Source of the DNA: Thermoanaerobaculia bacterium
Lineage (GTDB): Bacteria; Acidobacteriota; Thermoanaerobaculia; UBA5066; Gp7-AA6
Assembly: GCA_035498405.1 (NCBI GenBank)
Contig: DATKAE010000027.1
Span: forward strand, 64,154-128,153
Length of the DNA: 64,000 bases
Direction: 5' to 3'
This document shows positions 7,739 to 15,880 of the stretch, one piece after another. A program made the translations under genes and the position numbers. The notes under the pieces were generated by a model that was not told where the DNA came from, searched no databases, and was given only the letters and a program-made list of their open reading frames with translations. Each line of letters starts with the position of its first letter. Within the stretch, counting starts at the first letter, position 1.

Positions 7739-10522
7739 ATGAGATTCGCCAGGTCAACTGCATCGTTCCTCGCCTCCCTCGCCCTCGCCGCCCAGCTGGC
7801 CGCGCAGTCGGCAAGGCCCGCCGCCAAGCCCAAGGCGCCGGCCTCGCCGCCGGCGCCGACCAAGGTCACCTCGGTCGAAGGAATCACCGAGTACGTCCTC
7901 GGAAACGGCCTGCACGTTCTGCTCTTTCCCGACCAAACCAAGCCGACGATCACCGTCAACGTCACTTACCTGGTCGGCTCGCGAAACGAGAACTACGGTG
8001 AGACCGGCATGGCGCATCTGCTCGAGCACTTGATGTTCAAGGGCTCGCCGAACCACCCGAACATCCCGCAGGAGCTGACGTCGCACGGCGCGCGGCCAAA
8101 CGGATCGACCTGGTACGACCGGACGAACTACTTCGAGACGTTCCGGGCGACCGAGGAGAACTTGAAGTGGGCCCTGGAGCTCGAGGCGGACCGGATGGTC
8201 CACTCCTTCATCGCCAAGAAGGACCTCGACAGCGAAATGACGGTCGTGCGAAACGAGTTCGAGGCGGGCGAGAACGACCCGGAGGGTGTCCTGGCCGAGC
8301 GGGTGCTCTCGACGGCCTACCTCTGGCACAACTACGGCAAGAGCACGATCGGCGCCCGGGCGGACATCGAGAATGTGCCGATCGATCGCCTCCAGGCCTT
8401 TTGGCGGACCTACTACCAGCCGGACAACGCGTACCTTCTCGTGGCCGGCCGGTTCGACGAGGCCAAGACCCTCGCGCTCGTCAACCAGATCTTCGGCTCC
8501 ATTCCGCGGCCGAAACGCGCGCTCGAGAAGACCTATACGGCCGAGCCGACGCAGGACGGCGAGCGCTCCGTCACTCTCCGGCGCGTGGGCGACGTCCAGT
8601 CGGTCGCCGCGGCCTATCACGTCCCATCGGGTCCCCATCCCGACTCGGTGGCCATCGACGTGCTGGGGCAGGTGTTGGCCGACACGCCGTCGGGACGCCT
8701 CTACAAGGCCCTCGTCGAAACCAATAAGGCCACGTCGGTGTCGGATTTCTTCCTCTACCTTCACGACCCCGGCTTTCTGCTCTTCCAGGCGCAGGTGCGG
8801 CAGGAGAGCTCGCTCGAGGATGCCGAGAAGACGATGCTCGCGACGATCGACGCGATCCCCGGCAACCCCATCACCAAGGAAGAGGTCGAGCGGGCGCGCG
8901 CCGAGTTCTTGAAGAACATCGACCTGACGTTGAATTCGGCCGACCGCGTCGGCCTGGAGATGTCCGAGTGGATCGGCGCGGGCGACTGGCGCCTCTTCTT
9001 CCTGAACCGCGACCGGATCAAGAAGCTCACGGCCGAGGACGTTCAGCGGGTCGCCGTCGAGTACCTGAAGCCCTCCAACCGAACCGTCGGCCTCTTCATC
9101 CCGACGGGCCGGCCCGACCGCGCGGAGATCCCGCCCTCCCCGGATGTCGCGACGCTGCTGAAGGACTACAAGGGAGAAGCCGCCGTGGCCCAGGGCGAGG
9201 CCTTCGATCCTTCTCCCGCCAACATCGAGTCCAAAGTCACCCGAACGAATCTTCCGAATGGACTCCAGGTGGTGTTGCTGCCCAAGAAGACCCGCGGCGC
9301 GACGGTCGTCGCGGCGATGACGCTGCGCTTCGGCGACGAGAAGAGCCTCTGGAACAAATCCGCGACGGCGGACCTCGCGGCAGACATGCTGATGCGCGGC
9401 ACGGCGAAGCACACGCGACAGCAGTTGAAGGACGAGCTCGACCGATTGAAGGCCCGCGTCGGCGTCTCCGGAGGCCCCACACAGGCCTCCGTCTCGATCG
9501 AGACGATCCGAGAGAACCTGCCGGCCGTCTTGAAGCTCGTCGCCGAGGTGCTGCGCGAGCCCGTCTTCCCCGAAAACGAGCTCGAGCAGCTCAGGCAAGA
9601 GAACCTGGCGGCGATCGAACAGCAGAGAAGCGAGCCCGACGCGGTCGCCTCCAACGCCTACACCCGCCATCAGAACCCGTACCCCAAGGGAGACGTCCGC
9701 TACGTCGAGACTCCCGACGAGTCGCTCGCGAGCTACAAGGCGGCAACCCGAGAAGACGTCCGCTCGTTCTATGGCGGGTTCTACGGGGCTTTGAACGCGG
9801 AGCTCGCCCTCGTGGGCGATTTCGACCCCGGCACGACCTTGCCGCTCCTGACGGAGCTCTTGGGCGACTGGAAGAGCAAGAGCCCCTTCGAGCGCGTGCC
9901 CCGGCCGTACCAGAATGTCGCGCCGGTCAACGACCGCTTCAAGACCCCGGACAAGGCGAATGCCTTCTTCATCGCCGGAGAGAATCTGCCCATCGGCGAC
10001 GACGATCCCGACTACCCCGCTCTGGTGCTCGGCAATTACCTGTTGGGAGGCGGATTCCTGAACTCGCGGCTGGCCGTGCGGATTCGCCAGAAGGACGGCT
10101 TGAGCTACGGCGTCGGCTCACAGCTCTCCGCCTCGCCGCTCGACAAGGCGGGCAGCTTCACCGCCTACGCGATCTACGCGCCGCAGAACGCGGTCAAGCT
10201 CGAGAAAGCGTTCCGGGAGGAAGTCGACCGGGTCCTGAAGGACGGCTACACCGAATCGGAGGTCGACGAAGGAAAGAGCGGTTACCTGCAGTCGCGGCAG
10301 GTGTCGCGCGCACAGGACCCGGCCCTCGCGCGGACCCTCGCCGCCGACCTCTTCTTGAAACGCACGCTCTACTGGGACGAAGCGCTCGAGAAGAAGATCG
10401 CGGCGCTGACGCCGGCGGAGATCGCCGCCGCGATGCGGCGGCACCTCGATCCCGGCAAGTTCTCGGCCGTCGAGGCCGGCGATTTCGACAAGAGCCCGCC
10501 CGCCGAAACGCCGGCCAATTAA
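7739..10522 (+). CDS. M16 family (pitrilysin/insulinase-like) zinc peptidase, two tandem M16 units
   Basis: ATG at 7739 follows AAGGAGAG. Signal peptide present. Contains the inverted zinc motif 'HLLEHLMFKG'. Length is about 928 aa. Confidence 0.85.
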   Translation: MRFARSTASFLASLALAAQLAAQSARPAAKPKAPASPPAPTKVTSVEGITEYVLGNGLHVLLFPDQTKPTITVNVTYLVGSRNENYGETGMAHLLEHLMFKGSPNHPNIPQELTSHGARPNGSTWYDRTNYFETFRATEENLKWALELEADRMVHSFIAKKDLDSEMTVVRNEFEAGENDPEGVLAERVLSTAYLWHNYGKSTIGARADIENVPIDRLQAFWRTYYQPDNAYLLVAGRFDEAKTLALVNQIFGSIPRPKRALEKTYTAEPTQDGERSVTLRRVGDVQSVAAAYHVPSGPHPDSVAIDVLGQVLADTPSGRLYKALVETNKATSVSDFFLYLHDPGFLLFQAQVRQESSLEDAEKTMLATIDAIPGNPITKEEVERARAEFLKNIDLTLNSADRVGLEMSEWIGAGDWRLFFLNRDRIKKLTAEDVQRVAVEYLKPSNRTVGLFIPTGRPDRAEIPPSPDVATLLKDYKGEAAVAQGEAFDPSPANIESKVTRTNLPNGLQVVLLPKKTRGATVVAAMTLRFGDEKSLWNKSATADLAADMLMRGTAKHTRQQLKDELDRLKARVGVSGGPTQASVSIETIRENLPAVLKLVAEVLREPVFPENELEQLRQENLAAIEQQRSEPDAVASNAYTRHQNPYPKGDVRYVETPDESLASYKAATREDVRSFYGGFYGALNAELALVGDFDPGTTLPLLTELLGDWKSKSPFERVPRPYQNVAPVNDRFKTPDKANAFFIAGENLPIGDDDPDYPALVLGNYLLGGGFLNSRLAVRIRQKDGLSYGVGSQLSASPLDKAGSFTAYAIYAPQNAVKLEKAFREEVDRVLKDGYTESEVDEGKSGYLQSRQVSRAQDPALARTLAADLFLKRTLYWDEALEKKIAALTPAEIAAAMRRHLDPGKFSAVEAGDFDKSPPAETPAN

Positions 10523-10539
10523 GCGCGGCGGCTGCCCGC

Positions 10540-10890
10540 TCAAGCATGAGGGGCGAGCGTTCCGCCGGGAGTCGCGCCAGGCCGGAGGCGGCCAGGACCT
10601 CGCCGTGCGTCACGTTCGGCTCGGGATCGAGCAGGCACTCCTTGTCGTATTCGAAGTATCGCGCCCGCTCGATGTCCGGTCCCGCATAATCCCGGATCGC
10701 CTCCGCGGAGTCCCAGAGCGAGACGAGAAGGAAGCACGCGATCACCTTCGCCGCACCGCAGCAGAGTAACGCCGCGGTTCCCTCGAACCGCCTGATATCC
10801 GCGAACCCCGAGATGCGAGTCCGATCGATACCTCGCGCAGCCCTCGGCCTTCTCGACGGGCACCGCTCCATCCCAGACGCGCGCGATCAT
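10540..10890 (-). pseudogene. Antibiotic-biosynthesis-monooxygenase (ABM)-like gene, apparently frameshifted
   Basis: The N-terminus 'MIARVWDGAVPVEKAEG' is in one frame. The ABM-like core 'FLLVSLWDSAEAIRDYAG...PEPNVTHGEV' is in another frame (ORF 10194-10871) that has no nearby stop. The only nearby stop (10540) is in the first frame. Confidence 0.4.
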
Positions 10891-10927
10891 GTGCCCTCCC
10901 GTCCCACTCGACGTGGATGAGTCAGCG

Positions 10928-12238
10928 TCAATCGCCGCGGTAGACCCTGCCGTCCTTCATGACGAATCCAACCGACTCGAGCACCTGCACGCTCTGGAGC
11001 GGGTCGCCGGAGACGGCGATGAGGTCGGCATAGGCGCCCGGCGAGACGGCTCCGATCTCGCCCGACATCCCGAGCATCTCGGCGGCGCGCGAGGTGGCCG
11101 CCTGGATCGCCGCCATCGGCGTCATGCCGAACTCGACCAAGCGGGCGAACTCCCGGGCGATCGGCTCCTTCCAGGAGAAGCCGCCGGCGTCGGTGCCGAA
11201 GGCGATCTTGACGCCGGCCTTGACGGCCTTCTGAAGGGACGGCCCGTGCACCGCCGCGCGCTTGCGGTCGCGCTTTCCCTCCGGCGTGTCCTCCGGGGCC
11301 CAATGGTCGTAGTAGACGCTCATCGTCGGCACGAGCCAGGTGCCCTGGCGAACCATCTGGGCGATCGACGCGTCGTCGAGCTCGAGTCCGTGCTCGATGG
11401 AATCGCAGCCGCCGTCCAAGCCCCGATGAAGGCCGACGCCGTTGTAGGCGTGGCAGGCCACTTTCCTTCCCCAGCCGTGCGCCTCGTCGACGATCGCCCT
11501 GATCTCCTCGAGCGTGAAGGTGGGCTGAGAGACGAGGTTGCCCTGCTTGTCCACCCAGGACCGGTGTGTCACGTAGATCTTGATCCAGTCCGCTCCGTGA
11601 TCGAGCTGCTCGCGCGCGGCCTTGCGCGCCTCGACCGGACCGTCCACGATCTGAGCGCCCTTGGGCACATCGATCTCGGGCGCGTAGTCCTCGAGCGGAT
11701 AGCCCCCGGTCGTCGAGATGGCGCGCGTGACGACGAACATCCGCGGCCCGGGAATGTAGCCTCCTTCGATCGCCTGTTTGATTCCGACGTCGCCGTAGCC
11801 CGCTCCCTCGGTTTCGACGTCGCGGATCGTCGTGAAGCCCTGCTCGAGGGCGCGCCGTGCCGAGGCCGTCGCCCGGGCCGCGCGAAAGGCGAGCCCCTGC
11901 TTGAGCAATTGCACGTCGTAGCCTCCCTCGGCCGGGTCCTCCCCCTGCAGAAAGATGTGCGTGTGGGTGTCGATCAGACCCGGCAGCACGGTCGCCCGCG
12001 AGAGGTCGATGACCTTCGCGCTCGCCGGGACCGCGACCGTTGCGGTGTCTCCCACGCTCTCGATCCGATTGCCGCGGATCACGATCGACTGATCGCGGCG
12101 GGGACTCGCAGACTTCCCGTCGATCAGGGTCCCCGCCCGAATGACGGTGACACTCGGCGGGTTGGACGATTGCGGGGCCGCCGGCCGAGCCGCCGCGAAC
12201 AGAATCAGCGCGGGACTGAGTGCGCGCAGCCTCTTCAT
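10928..12238 (-). CDS. Secreted amidohydrolase family metallo-hydrolase
   Basis: Signal peptide present. 'LPGLIDTHTHI' supplies the HxH metal motif. Also shows 'VACHAY' and 'IAFGTDAG'. Confidence 0.85.
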   Translation of the reverse strand: MKRLRALSPALILFAAARPAAPQSSNPPSVTVIRAGTLIDGKSASPRRDQSIVIRGNRIESVGDTATVAVPASAKVIDLSRATVLPGLIDTHTHIFLQGEDPAEGGYDVQLLKQGLAFRAARATASARRALEQGFTTIRDVETEGAGYGDVGIKQAIEGGYIPGPRMFVVTRAISTTGGYPLEDYAPEIDVPKGAQIVDGPVEARKAAREQLDHGADWIKIYVTHRSWVDKQGNLVSQPTFTLEEIRAIVDEAHGWGRKVACHAYNGVGLHRGLDGGCDSIEHGLELDDASIAQMVRQGTWLVPTMSVYYDHWAPEDTPEGKRDRKRAAVHGPSLQKAVKAGVKIAFGTDAGGFSWKEPIAREFARLVEFGMTPMAAIQAATSRAAEMLGMSGEIGAVSPGAYADLIAVSGDPLQSVQVLESVGFVMKDGRVYRGD

Positions 12239-12398
12239 GGAATCCCTCCTTCTCCCTTCGTTCCCGGTTCCGGCGCCGCCGTCCGGAATCTCGGCCGCCC
12301 ATCGTGGCGGCGCGGTCTCCCGATGTCAAACAGGGAATAGAATCCGCCTCGCAAGACCCGACCGCGCCCGTCCCGGCGCAGATCGTCGCGAGGTGCGT

Positions 12399-13085
12399 AT
12401 GGCGGAGAGGCCTCTCATCGCCGGATTCCGACTGGGCATCTACGTCTTCAAGGACGCCGAGATCGTGGACTTCGCCGCGCCGCACGGAGTCTTCTCGGTG
12501 GCCCGGCGCTTCGACGCGGAGCTCGAAGCCTTTCTCATCGCCGACGCCATGCGGCCCGTGCAGGCGCAAGCGGGATTCACCGTCCTGCCGAACTATTCGT
12601 TTCGGGACTCGCCCGCCATGGACGCGTTCCTGATCCCGGGAGGCTTCGGGACCCGACAGGAGATCGCCAATCGGCGCCTCCACGATTTCGTCCGATCGCT
12701 CCCGCCGTCCACGCTCCTGACGAGCGTGTGCACCGGCTCCTGGATCTACGGCAAGATGGGCCTGCTCGATGGCCTGCCGGCGACCAACCGCAAGGAGCCG
12801 GACCGCGTGGAGTCCTCCGGCGCCGGAATGGTCCCCATCGACCGCCTCGCGAAGATCGCGCCGCGCGCGCGAATCAGCCGTGCCCGAGTGGTCGATTCCG
12901 GGCGGATCATCACCGCCGGGGGCATCACCTCGGGCATGGAAATGGGATTCCACCTCCTGCGCCGCGCCGGCTACAGCGAAGAGTTCATCGCCGAGGTCGC
13001 GCGCGTCATGGAGTACAGCAAGGCCTACGAGCTCTATCGCGGCGACGTCGAGATCTCCGGAGAGGCTTCGATCGGCCGCGGATAG
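12399..13085 (+). CDS. DJ-1/PfpI family protein
   Basis: ATG at 12399. Shows 'FLIPGGFG', the nucleophile elbow 'SVCTGS' and 'ITAGGITSGMEMG'. Confidence 0.8.
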   Translation: MAERPLIAGFRLGIYVFKDAEIVDFAAPHGVFSVARRFDAELEAFLIADAMRPVQAQAGFTVLPNYSFRDSPAMDAFLIPGGFGTRQEIANRRLHDFVRSLPPSTLLTSVCTGSWIYGKMGLLDGLPATNRKEPDRVESSGAGMVPIDRLAKIAPRARISRARVVDSGRIITAGGITSGMEMGFHLLRRAGYSEEFIAEVARVMEYSKAYELYRGDVEISGEASIGRG

Positions 13086-13097
13086 AATCGGCGCCCG

Positions 13098-15668
13098 GTG
13101 ACGCTCCCGGCGGGATCCCGCCTCGGCCCCTACGAGATTCTCGCGCCGCTCGGCGCGGGCGGCATGGGCGAGGTATATCGCGCGAAGGACCCGCGCCTCG
13201 GCCGCGAGGTGGCGATCAAGGTCCTTCCAGCCTCCTTCTCGAGCGACGCCGACCGCCTGCGCCGGTTCGAGCAGGAAGCCAGAGCCGCCGGGCTTCTCAA
13301 TCATCCCAACATCACCGCCGTTTACGACATCGGGACTCACGAGGGAGCGCCTTACGTCGTCCAGGAACTGCTCGAAGGGGAAACGCTTCGCGCGGAGCTC
13401 GCCGACGGGCGATTCTCCTCCCGCAAGGCGATCGAGTACGCCCAGCAGATCGCCCAGGGCCTCGCCGCCGCGCACGAGAAGGGGATCGTCCATCGGGACT
13501 TGAAGCCCGAGAACCTCTTCGTGACCCGAGACGGTCGCGTCAAGATCCTCGACTTCGGCCTGGCGAAGCTGACGGAGGCCGAGCCGGGCGGCCAGGCGAC
13601 GAGCCTGCCAACCGCCACGGCCGGCACCGAACCCGGTGTCGTCATGGGAACGCTCGGCTACATGTCTCCCGAGCAGGTCAAGGGCAAGGCGGCCGACGCG
13701 CGCTCGGACATCTTCGCCTTCGGCGCGGTGCTCTACGAGATGCTCTCGGGAAAGCGCGCCTTCCACGGGGAGTCCGCCGCCGAAACGATGGCGTCGATCC
13801 TGAGAGAAGATCCGCCGGAGCTGTCGGTCACCGGCCAGAACATCTCACCGGGACTCGAGCGAATCGTCCGGCACTGTCTCGAGAAGAACCCCGAGCGGAG
13901 ATTTCAATCCGCGAGCGACATCGCCTTCGATCTCGAGACCCTCTCCGGGCTGTCCGGGCCGATGGCCACGCCGGCGCGTGCGCCGGGCAAGAAATGGGGC
14001 CGCCCGTCCTCGCTTCTTGGGGCTGCCCTTCTCGGAGGCCTCGTCGTCGGTGCCATCGTCTACCTCGCGGGCGCGAGGATGGGATCCCGCTTGCCGCCCT
14101 CCTTCCAACAGCTCACCTATCGCCACGGAACGGTATGGTCGGCTCGATTCGGATCCGATGGAAAATCCATTTTTTACAGCGCTTCGTGGGACGGCCACCC
14201 GACAGAGATTTTCGTGAGCTCGCCGGAGAGCCCCGAGTCGCGTCCCTTCGGCCTTTCGGGGGCTGACGTTCTGGCGATCTCGGCCTCGGGGGAATTGGCC
14301 GTCGGCCTCGCGAGCACCGTTTCCGGTGAGTTCTTGAAGACCGCGACGCTCGCGCGCACGAGCGCCACGGGCGGCGGAGCGCCGCGCCAGATGCTCGAAG
14401 ACGTCCAGTTTGCCGACTGGTCGCCCGACGGAAAGGAGCTCGCGATCGTTCGCGCCGCGGGCGGCCGGACCCGGCTCGAATATCCCATCGGCAAGGCGCT
14501 CTATGAGACCGGAGGCTGGATCGGAAATCCGCGCGTCTCGCCGCTCGGCGACCGCGTCGCCTTCATCGATCATCCGGTCGGTGGCGACGACGGCGGATCG
14601 GTGGCGGCCGTCGACCGGACCGGGAAGAAGACGAATCTGTCAGAACTCTTCGGGAGCATCCAGGGCCTCGCCTGGTCGCCCGACGGATCGGAGATCTGGT
14701 TTACCGCGGCGCTCGCGAGTCGCGCCCTCTATGGAGTGTCGCCGGCAGGCAAGCAAAGACTCATCGCCCGGGTCACCGGTTCGCTGACTCTCCAGGACAC
14801 GTCCCGCGACGGCCGCGTCCTGTTGACCGACGAGCTGCGCCGAGTCGGACTATCGGTACTCGCACCCGGGGATGGCAAGGAGAAGGACCTCTCCTGGCTC
14901 GATTGGTCCCGTCCAGCCGGCCTCTCCGCCGACGGCAAGACCGTCCTCTTCTTCGAATCCGGAGCAGGCGGAGGCCCCGGCTACTCCGTGTACCTGAGGG
15001 GAACCGACGGCGGGCCGGCCGTCCGGTTGGGCGAAGGAACGGCTCTGTCGCTCTCCCCGGACGGGAAGTGGGCCTTGGCACTTCTGCACAAGTTCACCAA
15101 CCCGGAGGTCGTCCTCTATCCCACCGGTGCAGGGCAACCGAGGCCCTTGCCCCTGGGATCTCTCAAGCCGCAGACCGGAAGATTTCTTCCGGATGGCCGC
15201 CGCATCCTCATCGTCGCCACGGAACCGAGGCGGGCCACCCGCATCTACCTGACCGACGTCCAGGGGACGAAGCCCCAGGCGCTCACGGACGAGAATTACA
15301 GGGGACCGACGTTCACTTCGTCCGACGGGACACGCTTTCTCGTTCGCGGACCGGACGAGACAACTTCGGCCTACTCTTTCGAGACCCGAGGGCTCACACC
15401 GATCCCCGCCATCCAACCGAACGAAATCGTCGCCGGCTGGACGGCTGACGGCACTGGCCTCTACGTCCAGGGCCCCGGAATCCCGGCACCGATCGACCGA
15501 CTCGATCTGGCGACCGGCCGCCGGGAGCGATGGAAAGAGATCGCGCCCTCCGACGTCGCGGGCGTCGTTCGTATTTCCTCTTTCGTCATATCGCCGGATG
15601 GACGGTTCTATACCTACGCCTACTCGCGCGTGCTCTCGAACCTTTATCTTGCCGGGAATCTGAAGTGA
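13098..15668 (+). CDS. Ser/Thr protein kinase with TM segment and C-terminal PD40/TolB-like beta-propeller
   Basis: GTG start. Carries [26 protein letters not shown] and 'GYMSPEQ'. The C-terminal part has repeated 'SPDG' propeller motifs. Confidence 0.9.
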   Translation: MTLPAGSRLGPYEILAPLGAGGMGEVYRAKDPRLGREVAIKVLPASFSSDADRLRRFEQEARAAGLLNHPNITAVYDIGTHEGAPYVVQELLEGETLRAELADGRFSSRKAIEYAQQIAQGLAAAHEKGIVHRDLKPENLFVTRDGRVKILDFGLAKLTEAEPGGQATSLPTATAGTEPGVVMGTLGYMSPEQVKGKAADARSDIFAFGAVLYEMLSGKRAFHGESAAETMASILREDPPELSVTGQNISPGLERIVRHCLEKNPERRFQSASDIAFDLETLSGLSGPMATPARAPGKKWGRPSSLLGAALLGGLVVGAIVYLAGARMGSRLPPSFQQLTYRHGTVWSARFGSDGKSIFYSASWDGHPTEIFVSSPESPESRPFGLSGADVLAISASGELAVGLASTVSGEFLKTATLARTSATGGGAPRQMLEDVQFADWSPDGKELAIVRAAGGRTRLEYPIGKALYETGGWIGNPRVSPLGDRVAFIDHPVGGDDGGSVAAVDRTGKKTNLSELFGSIQGLAWSPDGSEIWFTAALASRALYGVSPAGKQRLIARVTGSLTLQDTSRDGRVLLTDELRRVGLSVLAPGDGKEKDLSWLDWSRPAGLSADGKTVLFFESGAGGGPGYSVYLRGTDGGPAVRLGEGTALSLSPDGKWALALLHKFTNPEVVLYPTGAGQPRPLPLGSLKPQTGRFLPDGRRILIVATEPRRATRIYLTDVQGTKPQALTDENYRGPTFTSSDGTRFLVRGPDETTSAYSFETRGLTPIPAIQPNEIVAGWTADGTGLYVQGPGIPAPIDRLDLATGRRERWKEIAPSDVAGVVRISSFVISPDGRFYTYAYSRVLSNLYLAGNLK

Positions 15669-15880
15669 CCCTGGCCCAGAGCTCCCGCCTCGGACCCTAC
15701 GAGATCCTCGCGCCGCTCGGAGCGGGCGGAATGGGTAAGGTGTACCGTCGCGCGCGCCCCTTTCGGGGTCTCCGTCCTGCGGACGCACCGGCTCACGGCT
15801 CGCCCGGATGCGGGCTCGACGGCCTGCCTGACCCCTCACTGCGCGCCGCGACCGGAGGGTCGCGCCGCGAACGACGATGA
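15665..15880 (+). pseudogene. Kinase N-terminal remnant mini-ORF (71 codons)
   Basis: Encodes '[28 protein letters not shown]', then an Arg/Pro-rich non-kinase tail. GTGA overlaps the upstream kinase stop and ATGA overlaps the downstream kinase start. Confidence 0.5.
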
